Assembly (NCBI GenBank): GCA_963805945.1
Contig: CAWDVP010000003.1
Location: 32,001-96,000, forward strand
Length of the DNA: 64,000 bases
Source of the DNA: Vulcanimicrobiota bacterium
GTDB taxonomy: Bacteria > Vulcanimicrobiota > Vulcanimicrobiia > Eremiobacterales > Eremiobacteraceae
Reading direction: 5' to 3'
This document shows, in pieces, positions 50,685 through 60,647 of the stretch. The position numbers and the translations under genes are program-made. The stretch's first letter is position 1. Every line of letters starts with the position of its first letter. The notes beneath the pieces were generated by a model. The model had not been told where the DNA came from. It made no database searches and worked only from the letters and a program-made list of their open reading frames with translations.

Positions 50685-51556
50685 GTGGCCACGCGATCAC
50701 CCCCAAAGATTTCGCCACCGCGACGCCGTCGTGGTGGTGCGCCGGCTGCGGCGACTTCGGCGTGCTCTCCGCGCTCAAGCAGGCGTGGCGGACCTCGGCC
50801 TGCAGCCCAAGGACGTCGCCTTCATCTCCGGCATCGGCTGCTCGGGCAAGATCAGCGGCTACCTGCACTCGTACGCGTTCCACGGCGTGCACGGCCGCGC
50901 GCTGCCGGCCGCGACCGCGGTGAAGCTCGCGAATCGCGACCTGACGCGTCATCGTCGCCGGCGGCGACGGCGACGGCTACGCGATCGGCGCCGGCCACTT
51001 CTTGCACGCGGTGCGCCGCAACCCGAACATGACCTACATCGTCATGGACAATCAGACGTACGGGCTCACCAAGGGCCAGTCGTCGCCGACCAGCGCGACT
51101 CGGCTAGTCTTTCGGGCACGAGCCCGGCCGGCAATCCCGACGCGCCGCTCAACGGCCTCGCCGTCGCGCTCGCGGCCGGCGGCACGTTCCTCGCACGCGG
51201 CTTCTCCTCAGAGCCCAAGGCGATGGTCGAGCTGATCAAAGAGGCGGTCGAACCATCCGGGCTTCGCCATCGTCGAAGTGATGTCGCCCTGCGTGACGTT
51301 CAACAAAATGAACACGTACAAGTGGTTCAAAGAGAACGTCTACCACCTCACCGACATCGAAGGCTATGACGCGGCGAACAAGGCCAAGGCATTCGAGGTG
51401 CTCACGCAGCCGGGTAAGATCCCGCTCGGCGTGTTCTACCGCGAGATCCGCCCGACGCTCGACGAGCTGATGCTCAAAGGGCTGAAGCCGCTCGCGACGC
51501 TCGACATCGAAACGATCGATCCGGGACTCGCCAAATTGCAAGAGGCGTATGCCTAG
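50685..51556 (+). CDS. korB: 2-oxoacid:ferredoxin oxidoreductase beta subunit, multiple frameshifts
   Basis: [47 protein letters not shown] across frames. Confidence 0.85.
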
Positions 51557-51585
51557 GCTGCAATGATCCGCGGAAGGCCTAAAGC

Positions 51586-51620
51586 AAAGCCGGCGTCTAG
51601 CGACGCCAGCTTTATTTTAT
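51586..51620. terminator. Probable intrinsic terminator between convergent genes
   Basis: AAAGCCGGCGTC-TAGC-GACGCCAGCTTT followed by ATTTTAT. Confidence 0.6.
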
Positions 51621-51647
51621 GCCTCGACTTGGATGCGCGGCCGATGA

Positions 51648-52574
51648 TTACGGAGCGAAGACCAATCCGCCTGGGAACGTGCCGCTCGAAAAGGTGAACG
51701 ACGGTATCGATGCCCCGCTGAACGGCGGCAGGAACACCCCGACCTTGTTGATGTTGTCGTAGGCGACGTACAAGTTGCCCGACGAATCGAACTGCATGCC
51801 CGACGCGCTTCCGCCCGGCGGTGGAGCGATGGCGAACGCTTGCACGTTGCCCGTCGCGAACGGCGGCTTGAAGACTCGTACCGTGCCGTCGCTCACGCAG
51901 GAGATGAACAGCCAATCGGCCGCGTTCATCTGGGTCTGCAATGGTCGGGCACACGTCGCCAGCACGGCGGCGGCGGTCGGTGTGGCGCTGAAGGGCGGCC
52001 GGAACACATACACCGCCGCAGCGTTGAACTGCGGCACGAGCATTTCACCCGCTCGGTCGAACGAGATCTTCTCCGGATCTGCGAAGGCCGGCGTCGACGA
52101 GGTGATGGTGAAGGCCGGCGCCACGCCGCCGAATGGGGGAGTGAACTCGTACAGCTGCCCGAGGATCTGATCCGCGACCCACATATTGCCGGACGCATCG
52201 AACGTGACCCAGGTGGCTTGGGCGCCAAGCGGAGGGTTGATCGGGCCGGTGGTGGTCAGCGGAGTGCTCGATGCGGTGATCGGCGTGGTGAACTCCAGGA
52301 CCTCGCCAAGATTCTGCACCGACACGAACAGATGACCGTTCGCGGTCGTCGCCACCCCGAACGGCGAGCTCGTGAACGGCATGGTGAGCGTGACGGACGG
52401 GGTCGTGGAAGGACCAGTCGGTTGCGCGTAGCCGGTCACCGAGTTATCACCAAGATTGGCGACGTACAGATGCGGCGGCGGTCCCGGCGGAATCGCGATG
52501 GTCGGGTTCTTATAGCATCCGGCGAGCGACGCCACCGAGAGCGCGGCAAACGCAATGAATGCGAAACGCTTCAC
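51648..52574 (-). CDS. NHL-type beta-propeller lipoprotein (array member 1)
   Basis: GGAGG RBS, GTG start, LAGCYKNPTIAIPP, repeated FDxxGN and F.PPF blades. Confidence 0.85.
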   Translation of the reverse strand: MKRFAFIAFAALSVASLAGCYKNPTIAIPPGPPPHLYVANLGDNSVTGYAQPTGPSTTPSVTLTMPFTSSPFGVATTANGHLFVSVQNLGEVLEFTTPITASSTPLTTTGPINPPLGAQATWVTFDASGNMWVADQILGQLYEFTPPFGGVAPAFTITSSTPAFADPEKISFDRAGEMLVPQFNAAAVYVFRPPFSATPTAAAVLATCARPLQTQMNAADWLFISCVSDGTVRVFKPPFATGNVQAFAIAPPPGGSASGMQFDSSGNLYVAYDNINKVGVFLPPFSGASIPSFTFSSGTFPGGLVFAP

Positions 52575-52829
52575 AAGACCCTCCAAATGAATGCAGAAAC
52601 CAGTGTCGGACAAGCCGCAGGTTTCGCCGAGCCGTCGCGCCGCGCCTTGGGTGGCAAGGCGCACCAGTAAAGGGTACGGAAGCCCGGTCCAAAGGGCATC
52701 TTCGAGCCTATCGGGACAAGAGGCGGCGCCTTGGCTAGGACCGAAAGCCAGGCCTGTGAGCGGCGGTCCACACTGCCCGCCGGCCTCTGTTATTGGCTGT
52801 TCGGCCGCATGATGAGGAGATCCGATACC

Positions 52830-53781
52830 GTGCCTAAACTGACGATGCGTTTGCTCTTGGCCGCCCTGTCCGTGAGCGGCGCTCGCGGGTTGCTATAAGA
52901 ACCCGACCATCGCCTTGCCACCGCCGGCCCCGGCGCGGTTCTTCGTGGCGGATCTCAACAACGGTTTGGTGGTGTTCACGCAGCCGATCACCTCGTCGTC
53001 GACGCCGAGTTTGACGATTCCCGGCGCGGGCACCGCTGGAGTCGCGTTTGATTCCATGCAGAATGTCTACGTCGTCAAACGCTTTCTCGAACACGATAGC
53101 GGTCTACAAATCTCCCGTGAGCGCGTCAAGCACGCCGTTCCTGACCATCGGGCCGATCACAGGCGCGGCTGACATCGAAGGCTTGGCGTTCGACTCGACC
53201 GGCGCGTTGTGGATCGCAGATGAAAGGAGACGAGTTCGGTGTACCAACTCGCCCCGCCGTTCGCTGCGGGCGCTCAGCTGCCGACCAAGGCGCTCACCGG
53301 CTTCCCCTTCGGCCCCGTCGGCGTTGTCTTCGACCGCGCGGGGGAGATGCTGGCGCCTTCGTTCGGCTTCGCACACCGTCACCGTGCTCCGAGCCGCCGT
53401 TCAACAACGGTGCGATCACGCCGGCAGCGACCATGACGATGCCATTGTCGGCCGGCGGCATCGGTATCGACACTGAAGGACGATCTCGTGGTCGGACAGC
53501 AGAACGGCAGTCTGGCTGTCGTGAAACCTCCCTTCGCGACCGGCGTCACGCCGTCGTTCATCATCGCACCGACGACCATCAACGCTGCTCAGGCGACGGA
53601 GGCGTTGAACTCGACTTTCGATTCCGCCGGCAACCTGTGGACGACCTACGGCGGCGATGACGGCTTCCCCGGACAAGCGGGCGTCGCGGAGTACGCGCAG
53701 CCGTTCAGCTGCTGGGAGCCTGGCGCAGCTCGGAATCTTCGCGGGCTTGGGCTTCCCGTTCTCGTGGCAGTCGGCCCATAA
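52830..53781 (+). CDS. NHL-type beta-propeller lipoprotein (array member 2), frameshifted
   Basis: Collinear with 53920-54858 along its whole length but broken by several 1-nt indels. Confidence 0.8.
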
Positions 53782-53919
53782 AGTTGCCGAGAGCCCAGTA
53801 TAAAGCGGCCGAGATAAAGTAGGAGTGAAAGGAAGGGATAGAGTGGAAAGAACGGCCGTGATCTTCTACGGCCGCACTAATTTATTACCGGCCCGACCGT
53901 ATGATGAGGAGACAACCAC

Positions 53920-54858
53920 GTGCCTAAGCTGACAATGCGTTTGCTCTTGGTTGCGCTGTCCGTGGCCGCGCTCGCGGGGTGCTATAAGAACCCGACCATC
54001 GCGCTCCCGCCGCCTGCGCCGGCACGGCTCTACGTGGCAGATTTCTTCAACGGCTTGTTGGTCTACACGCAGCCCATCACTTCGACGTCGATGCCAAGCA
54101 TCACGATTCCCGGAGCGAGCACCGGCGTCGCATTTGATGCCGCCCAGAATCTCTACGTCGCCGATTACAACCTGAACACGATCGCGGTCTACAAGTCGCC
54201 TATCACGGCGTCGAGCACGCCGTTCATGACGATCGGACCGATCACCGGCGCCTCCCACCTCGAGGGGTTGACGTTCGACAAGAGCGGCGGCTTATACATC
54301 GCCGATGAGACCGGCGACGAGGTCTTGTATCTCGCGCCGCCTTTCGCCCCGGGCGCGCAGCTACCGACAAAGACGATCACCGGCATGCCGTTCGGCCCCA
54401 CCGTGGTCGTGTTCGACTCGGCCGGCAACATGCTGACGCCGTCGTACGGCGCCGCCAAGGTCACCATCTTCAGGCCGCCCTTCGTCAATGGCGCGAACAC
54501 GCCGGTCGGATCCATGAAGATGCCGTTCAACTGCAGCGGTATCGGCATCGATCTGAAGGACGACCTCGTGGTCGGCCAAGACAATGGCAGTCTCGAGGTC
54601 GTCAAACCGCCTTTCGCCACCGGCGTCCTGCCGTCGTTCAGCATCGCGCCGACGTTCATCAACGGCACGCAGGCGACTGAAGGGATCAGCTCGACCTTCG
54701 ATTCCGCGGGCAATCTGTGGCAGACCTTCGGCGGCCATGGCGCGCCTGCGAACACCGGCGTGGCGGAGTTCGCGCAGCCATTCAGCGGCAGTACGCTGGC
54801 ACTTCTCGGGTTCAGAGGGGGCATGGGCTTCCCGTTCGGGATCGCATTCGGCCCCTAG
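53920..54858 (+). CDS. NHL-type beta-propeller lipoprotein (array member 3)
   Basis: GAGGAG RBS, LAGCYKNPTIALPPP, propeller repeats, ends FGIAFGP. Confidence 0.88.
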   Translation: MPKLTMRLLLVALSVAALAGCYKNPTIALPPPAPARLYVADFFNGLLVYTQPITSTSMPSITIPGASTGVAFDAAQNLYVADYNLNTIAVYKSPITASSTPFMTIGPITGASHLEGLTFDKSGGLYIADETGDEVLYLAPPFAPGAQLPTKTITGMPFGPTVVVFDSAGNMLTPSYGAAKVTIFRPPFVNGANTPVGSMKMPFNCSGIGIDLKDDLVVGQDNGSLEVVKPPFATGVLPSFSIAPTFINGTQATEGISSTFDSAGNLWQTFGGHGAPANTGVAEFAQPFSGSTLALLGFRGGMGFPFGIAFGP

Positions 54859-54876
54859 GCTGACGACGGCCCAGCA

Positions 54877-54910
54877 GAAGCGGCCGCGGTTTTCGCGGCC
54901 GTTTTTCTTC
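54877..54910 (+). terminator. Intrinsic terminator
   Basis: GCGGCCGCG-GTTTT-CGCGGCCGT then T-rich tract. Confidence 0.75.
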
Positions 54911-54999
54911 TGAACAGGGGGTCGGCCCGCCCGGCCGCGAACGCCAAACACCGCAAACTAGACTGTTCCTCGCTCGGCCGCATGATGAGGAGTCAACAC

Positions 55000-55941
55000 G
55001 TGCCTAAGCTGACACTGCGTTTGCTCTTGGTCGCCCTCTCCGTCACCGCGCTCGCGGGATGCTACAAGAACCCGACCATCGCATTGCCGCCACCGGCGCC
55101 GCCACGGCTCTATATCGCGGACTTCAACAAGGGCCTCGTGTCGTTCAATCAGCCTGCCGGGCCGACGAGTTCACCGCTTTTCACGCTCGTGTCAGGCTTA
55201 AACGATTCCGGCCTCGCCGTGGACGCGACCGGTAGGTTGTTCGTGTCGCATTATAATAGTTCGACGATCGACGTCTACACGCAACCGATCAGCGCGACGA
55301 GCGTGCCGAGCTTCACGATCGGACCAGTCGCGATCGGCAATATCTCCGGGATAAGCATCGATAAGGCCGGCAACCTGTGGGGCGCTTCTGAGGTTTCCCA
55401 CGAGCTGTTCCAGATCTCGCCGCCGTTCGCCGCCGGCCCGATCACGCCCGCATACTTCACGAGCGCGTCCTTTGCCGGACCGGTGGATGTCGCGTTCGAC
55501 AGCGCTGGCGATCTTCTCGTACCGCAATTCAACGGCTCCAATCTCCTGGTCTTCCGGCCGCCGTTCGCCTTCCCAGGTCCCAGTGTGCCTGCCGCGATCA
55601 TCACGCTTCCGACGAACGCCGCTGGGCTTGGCATCGACGTCAAGGACCATCTCATCGTGGGCCTCGTCGACGGCCGGCTAGCAATACTGAACCCCCCATT
55701 CGCCACAGGCAACGTGCCCGCTGGGTACATCGCGCCACCCACGATCAACGGCGGTCCTTCCGGTGAGCCATTACACTCGGCGTTTGACGCAAGCCTGAAC
55801 CTGTACGTTCCCTATGGCCAGTTTGGCGGTCCGAACGCCGGCCTGGCGGTATTCGCACCTCCATTCACGTCGGCTAGCCTCCCATTGTTCGTCTTGACCA
55901 ACGGGCTTAGCTGGCCGTTCGGAGTGGCCTTCGCCCAATAA
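55000..55941 (+). CDS. NHL-type beta-propeller lipoprotein (array member 4)
   Basis: Same leader and lipobox, more divergent propeller, ends FGVAFAQ. Confidence 0.88.
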   Translation: MPKLTLRLLLVALSVTALAGCYKNPTIALPPPAPPRLYIADFNKGLVSFNQPAGPTSSPLFTLVSGLNDSGLAVDATGRLFVSHYNSSTIDVYTQPISATSVPSFTIGPVAIGNISGISIDKAGNLWGASEVSHELFQISPPFAAGPITPAYFTSASFAGPVDVAFDSAGDLLVPQFNGSNLLVFRPPFAFPGPSVPAAIITLPTNAAGLGIDVKDHLIVGLVDGRLAILNPPFATGNVPAGYIAPPTINGGPSGEPLHSAFDASLNLYVPYGQFGGPNAGLAVFAPPFTSASLPLFVLTNGLSWPFGVAFAQ

Positions 55942-55962
55942 TCTCCAAGGTTCAGGGATTCG

Positions 55963-55993
55963 AGCCGCCGTGAGGTCACGGCGGCTTTTCTTT
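55963..55993 (+). terminator. Intrinsic terminator
   Basis: AGCCGCCGTGA-GG-TCACGGCGGCT then TTTCTTT. Confidence 0.8.
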
Positions 55994-56059
55994 CGTCGCG
56001 GGCCCTGGCCGACGGCGCGCGAGCGGGGTGGCGGGTCGCTGTGAGCGAAGCGCGGACCG

Positions 56060-56614
56060 GTGGAGCGGTTCGAAGTCGCGATCGTCGGCGGCGGCGTCGC
56101 AGGGTTATCGGCAGCTCTCTTTCTCGCGCGCGCCGGCGTTTCGGTCGCGGTCTTCGATCAGCATGAATCGAGTCTGTACCGCGTTTCGCGCGTGAACAAC
56201 TACCTCGGTTTTCCTGACGGCATACCAGGCGCCGAGCTGATCGAGCTGGGACGGCGCAACGCCGCCCGTTTCGGCGCCGTGCTGATCGACGAAGACGTCA
56301 GCGCGATCTCGAGCGCAGACGCGGGCTTCTCCATCCAAACGGTTCCACATTCATACGAGGCCGGCCATGCGCTCCTCGCGTCGAACAAGCGGACCGATAT
56401 CGCGCGATCGCTCGGTCTCGAGCTCGGCGGCCACGGCGCGAAATTCGTGAGCGTGGACGAACAAGGCCGGACCGCCGTCGATCGCTGCTATGCGGCCGGG
56501 CGCATCACGGGACTGCCCAGCCAGGCGATCGTGTCGGCCGGCGACGGCGCCCGCGTCGCGATCTCCATCATCCAGACCATCCGCGGCGGCTACTATGTCG
56601 ATCACGACACGTAG
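56060..56614 (+). CDS. Short thioredoxin-reductase-related FAD protein (no NADPH domain, no CxxC)
   Basis: IVGGGVAGLSAA, NYLGFPDGI.G, YAAG, QAIVSAGDG; only 184 aa. Confidence 0.85.
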   Translation: MERFEVAIVGGGVAGLSAALFLARAGVSVAVFDQHESSLYRVSRVNNYLGFPDGIPGAELIELGRRNAARFGAVLIDEDVSAISSADAGFSIQTVPHSYEAGHALLASNKRTDIARSLGLELGGHGAKFVSVDEQGRTAVDRCYAAGRITGLPSQAIVSAGDGARVAISIIQTIRGGYYVDHDT

Positions 56615-58964
56615 CAATCGCGCCGCCGTGGTGCGCACGATCCTCGCCGTGCTCTTCGGCATCGTGCTCGTCGTGCTGCTCGTCGCGGCTTGGTTCGTGC
56701 GCTCGTCGCTTCCCAAATTGGACGGCAAGTTCTCCGTCGCCGGCCTATCCGCGCCGGTCTATATCCGGCGTGACGAGCGCGGCACGCCGCATATCGAAGC
56801 GCAGACCATCGACGACGCGTTCTTCGCCGAGGGATTCGCGTGCGGGCAAGACCGGCTGTGGCAGATGGACACGGTGCGCCGGCGCGCGGAAGGCCGCGTG
56901 TCGGAGATCGTCGGACCCGCGACGCTCAAGAAGGACGAATACATCCGGACGCTCGGGCTGCCGGAAGCGGCCGAAGCCGACGTGCGCCTCCTCGACGCAC
57001 GCACGCGCGTCGCTCTGGAGGCGTATGCCGCCGGAGTGAATGCGGCCGCGGCGGCGCGACCATTGCCGCTCGAGTTCAGGCTGCTCGGCTACGGCTGGCA
57101 GCCCTGGACGGTCAAAGACTCGGTGGCCATCGGCAAGTTGATGTCGCAGACGCTGGACGACGACTGGTATTATCCCCAGCTGCGTGCGGCGTTCGTCCTC
57201 AAGTTCGGCCCGGCGGCGGCGGCCGCGCTCACGGACATGCAGATCCCGCACCTCGAGCGCTACATCCCGGGCTACGCTCCGAAACCCCTGAACCACACGC
57301 CCATCGCCGCCGTCGTTGAGCGGTCGAATCTATTCGACCGTCCAGTGGATCTCGCACAGCACGAGCCAGACACCGGTTCGAACAATTGGATCGTCGCAGG
57401 ACGCCGCACGTCGACCGGACGGCCGGTGCTCTCCAACGACACGCACCTCGGCACGACGCTTCCCAGCACCTGGTGGACCGCCGACGTCCATGGGGGCGCG
57501 TACCACGTCGCAGGCTTCACCTTGCCGGGGATCGCCGGCGTCGTGATCGGCCACAACGACCACATAGCGTGGGGCATCACCAGCGCGACCGAGGCCGTGC
57601 AAGACCTCTACATCGAGCGCTTCCGCAGCGCTACCTCCGACGAGTATCTCGCGAACGGCAGCTGGCGTAGAGCGCAGCATCGCACGGAGCGCATCGGCGT
57701 GCTCGGGCATCCTGACGTCATCCTCGACGTCCTCGTCACCCGGCACGGACCGATCGTCAAGCGCGAGGGCGCGCGCGGACTTGCGCTCGCATGGACCGCT
57801 TTGCGCGGGGGCAGATCTTCTAGGGCGCTGTTGGGCATCCAAACGGCGGCGGACTATCAGCAGTTCCGCGCTGCGCTCGCGGATTGGCTCAGCCCCGTCT
57901 CCAATTTCGGCTACGCGGATACCGCGGGGCACATCGGCTATCAGGATGCCGGCGCCGTGCCGCTGCGCGCGGACGGCGACGGCTCGCTGCCGGTGGAAGG
58001 CCAAGACGACCGCTTCGCATGGAAGGGCGATGTGCCGTACGACACGCTGCCGCACGCGCTCGATCCGCCGGGCGGCGTCCTCGCGACCGCCAACAACGCG
58101 CTCGTGCCGCCGTCGTTCCGGCCGAGTCTCTCACCGTATTTCGAGCCGCCATTCCGCGTCCATCGCATCTACGATCGCCTGCGCGCCATGCGCGGTGCGA
58201 CGCCGGAGGCGATCGGCTCGGTGCAAGGCGACATCTACGACTATCCGCATCAGCAGCTCGCTCGGGCGACGGAGCGCGCGCTCGCCACGTCGAGCGACCC
58301 GGCCATGCAGCGCATCGCGCGGCAGCTGCACGGGTGGGATGGCATGATGGACAGACGCTCTGGGATCCCTACGTTCATGATGGCAGAAGAAGCGGCGCTG
58401 GTGCGCGATCTGTACGAGCCGCGCATGGGGACCGCCGTCTTCGAGAGCTATGGGGCGAACTATTGGCCGATCGTGCCGATCCTGCGCGCGCTCGAGGGCG
58501 ACGACCGGCTGCGGTCGATCGGGCTGTCGCGCGGCTCGCTCACGAGCGCGATCGCTCGTGCCGCGGGCGAAGCAGCGACGGCCGTCAGCGCCACCGGGCC
58601 GCGCGGCCTCGATGGAGCGCGGGCGTGGGGGGTGGTCAACGCCGCGCTCTACCAGCATCCGCTGTCGGTGAAATGGCCGCTCGGCATATTGAGCGTGCCG
58701 CCCGTGCCGCAGCCGGGCAGCGGCTTCGCGGTCTACGCGGGCAAGCCGGAGCACGGCCCGTCGGAGCGGCTCGTCGTCGACATGTCGGATTTCGACAACA
58801 CCTCGATGCTGCTCACCCTCGGCGAGTCAGGCCAGTACAGCGATCCGAATTATGACGACGAGCTCGAGGATTTCGCGCACGTGCGCTGGTCGCCGATGCC
58901 GTTCTCGCAACAGGCCGTGCTAGCGGCGGCGAAGCACACGCTCGTGCTCGAGCCAGGGCCCTAG
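56595..58964 (+). CDS. Penicillin acylase family Ntn-hydrolase
   Basis: N-terminal TM, RDERGTPHI, QDRLWQM, G/SNNW nucleophile, NDTHL, GESG. Confidence 0.93.
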   Translation: MSITTRSNRAAVVRTILAVLFGIVLVVLLVAAWFVRSSLPKLDGKFSVAGLSAPVYIRRDERGTPHIEAQTIDDAFFAEGFACGQDRLWQMDTVRRRAEGRVSEIVGPATLKKDEYIRTLGLPEAAEADVRLLDARTRVALEAYAAGVNAAAAARPLPLEFRLLGYGWQPWTVKDSVAIGKLMSQTLDDDWYYPQLRAAFVLKFGPAAAAALTDMQIPHLERYIPGYAPKPLNHTPIAAVVERSNLFDRPVDLAQHEPDTGSNNWIVAGRRTSTGRPVLSNDTHLGTTLPSTWWTADVHGGAYHVAGFTLPGIAGVVIGHNDHIAWGITSATEAVQDLYIERFRSATSDEYLANGSWRRAQHRTERIGVLGHPDVILDVLVTRHGPIVKREGARGLALAWTALRGGRSSRALLGIQTAADYQQFRAALADWLSPVSNFGYADTAGHIGYQDAGAVPLRADGDGSLPVEGQDDRFAWKGDVPYDTLPHALDPPGGVLATANNALVPPSFRPSLSPYFEPPFRVHRIYDRLRAMRGATPEAIGSVQGDIYDYPHQQLARATERALATSSDPAMQRIARQLHGWDGMMDRRSGIPTFMMAEEAALVRDLYEPRMGTAVFESYGANYWPIVPILRALEGDDRLRSIGLSRGSLTSAIARAAGEAATAVSATGPRGLDGARAWGVVNAALYQHPLSVKWPLGILSVPPVPQPGSGFAVYAGKPEHGPSERLVVDMSDFDNTSMLLTLGESGQYSDPNYDDELEDFAHVRWSPMPFSQQAVLAAAKHTLVLEPGP
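57315..57340 (+). repeat. REP-like palindrome inside the acylase spacer peptide
   Basis: GTTGAGCGGTCGAATCTATTCGACCG encoding VERSNLFDR. Confidence 0.8.
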
Positions 58965-58969
58965 GTGGG

Positions 58970-59419
58970 TCACACGAGTTTGACCAAATCCACCATGAGC
59001 AGCGGGCGGCCGGCCACGACGTCGGGCTCCTCGTTGTCGAGCTCGTACCCGAGCGACGTGAAGAAGGACTGCGCCTCCGAGTGTTTTTCGACCTGGACGA
59101 ACACGCCGGCTGCGCCGGCACCGCGAGCGCCGGCTTCGACGGCGTTGACGAGCGCGCGGCCCGCGCCCCGTCCGCGCGCGGTCGCGACGACCGCGATGCG
59201 AAAGAGCCAGAGAACAGCGCCTTGCGATTTGAACATGGCGGTGCCGCGATCGCCCTGTCCGTCAGCCACGATGAACGCACCCGCGTCTTCGGATACCAAG
59301 AAAGCGCGCACGTCTTCGAGCGTCGCTTCGACGGGCGCGAGCGTCCCTTCGCCGCCGACTTGTGCGAGGATGTCGTGGATCGTCTGAGCGTCGTCGACGC
59401 CCGCGCGGCGCAAGCGCAT
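58970..59419 (-). CDS. GNAT family N-acetyltransferase
   Basis: RGRGAGRALV, FFTSLGY. Confidence 0.85.
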   Translation of the reverse strand: MRLRRAGVDDAQTIHDILAQVGGEGTLAPVEATLEDVRAFLVSEDAGAFIVADGQGDRGTAMFKSQGAVLWLFRIAVVATARGRGAGRALVNAVEAGARGAGAAGVFVQVEKHSEAQSFFTSLGYELDNEEPDVVAGRPLLMVDLVKLV

Positions 59420-59439
59420 GCCGGAGGAGTACGCCGGTG

Positions 59440-59790
59440 ATGCGGCTGCGCCTGCGCGTCATGGTCGCCGCGTTCAATCATGTCGTCGCGGACTACACGC
59501 TCGCTCGCCTCGAGATCACGTCCGCGCACCCGCGCATGACGGTGCCGCCGGTGATCGACCGGCTCGGGCTGCACGCTCGGCCCGACGATGCGGGGCACGT
59601 ATGGCGCGTCGCGATCCGCCAGCTGCGCGTCGCGGAGCGCTACGTCAAGACCGGCGCGAGCGCCGTCGCCCGCCGCCACGAGGCGTGGTCGGCGCTCACC
59701 GCCGCCTTCGATCAATTGATGCGCTACGCGTCGGGCATCGAGACGCTGCGCACGACGGCGGCGCGCGCGCGGCGCAGACCGCGCTCGTGA
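59440..59790 (+). CDS. Hypothetical helical protein
   Basis: GGAGGAG RBS at 59423, GTGA overlap with the next gene. Confidence 0.5.
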   Translation: MRLRLRVMVAAFNHVVADYTLARLEITSAHPRMTVPPVIDRLGLHARPDDAGHVWRVAIRQLRVAERYVKTGASAVARRHEAWSALTAAFDQLMRYASGIETLRTTAARARRRPRS

Positions 59791-60647
59791 TCGAGCGCGT
59801 CGCGGTCATCGGCGCCGGCACGATGGGCAACGGCATCGCCCATAGTCTGGCGCTTGGCGACTATTCCGTCACGCTGATCGACGCGGCTCGGGTCGGACTC
59901 GAACGCGGGCTGGCGACGATCGACGCCAACCTGCGAGGCGGGGTCGAGCGCGGCAAGCTCACCGCGCAGGCTGCGGCGGAGGCGCGCGCCCGCATCGCCT
60001 CGTCCGATGATCTGGCGAGCGCTGCGAGCGCGCAATTGGTGATCGAAGCGGTGCCCGAGGATCTCGGGCTCAAGCACACGGTGTTCCAGGAGCTCGAACA
60101 GGCCTGTCCGCCCGACACGATCTTCGCCACCAACACCTCCGCGCTGTCGATCACCGAGATCGCCTCCGGCCTCAAAGATCCTTCGCGCGTGATCGGCATG
60201 CATTACTTCAACCCGGCGCACATCATGAAGCTCGTGGAGATCGTGCGCGGTTTGGAGACCTCCAAGCGCGCGGTCGAGGTCGCGACCGAGGTCGCGGTGC
60301 GCAGCGGCAAAGAGACGGTGCTCATCGACGAGGCGCCGGGCTTCGCGACGAGCCGCATCAACGCGCTCATAGGCAACGAGGCCTTCTACATGCTGCAGGA
60401 GGGCGTCGCGTCGGCGCGCGACATCGACAAGGCCCTCAAACTTGGGCTCAACCATCCGATGGGGCCGTTCGAGATGATCGATCTCGTCGGCCTCGACACG
60501 CGACTCCAAGTGCTGGAATACCTGCATAAGATGCTGGGCGAGAAGTACCGGCCATGCCCGCTGCTGGTGAAGTACGTCAAGGCCGGCCGCCTCGGGCGCA
60601 AGGTCGGCCGCGGCGTCTACGAGTACCCAGATATGAAACCTCTGTAG
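59787..60647 (+). CDS. 3-hydroxyacyl-CoA dehydrogenase (PaaH/Hbd-like)
   Basis: VIGAGTMG, IEAVPE, ATNTS, GMHYFNP, HPMGPF..DLVGLD. Confidence 0.95.
   Translation: MIERVAVIGAGTMGNGIAHSLALGDYSVTLIDAARVGLERGLATIDANLRGGVERGKLTAQAAAEARARIASSDDLASAASAQLVIEAVPEDLGLKHTVFQELEQACPPDTIFATNTSALSITEIASGLKDPSRVIGMHYFNPAHIMKLVEIVRGLETSKRAVEVATEVAVRSGKETVLIDEAPGFATSRINALIGNEAFYMLQEGVASARDIDKALKLGLNHPMGPFEMIDLVGLDTRLQVLEYLHKMLGEKYRPCPLLVKYVKAGRLGRKVGRGVYEYPDMKPL

Noticed and set aside
48860..51556. korAB as true pseudogenes or programmed frameshifts
   Set aside because: Too many shifts, no slippery sites, motifs fully conserved; sequencing error fits better.
53800..53855. Purine-rich AG tract between lipoprotein genes
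   Set aside because: Single occurrence next to the error-rich zone; no function can be supported.
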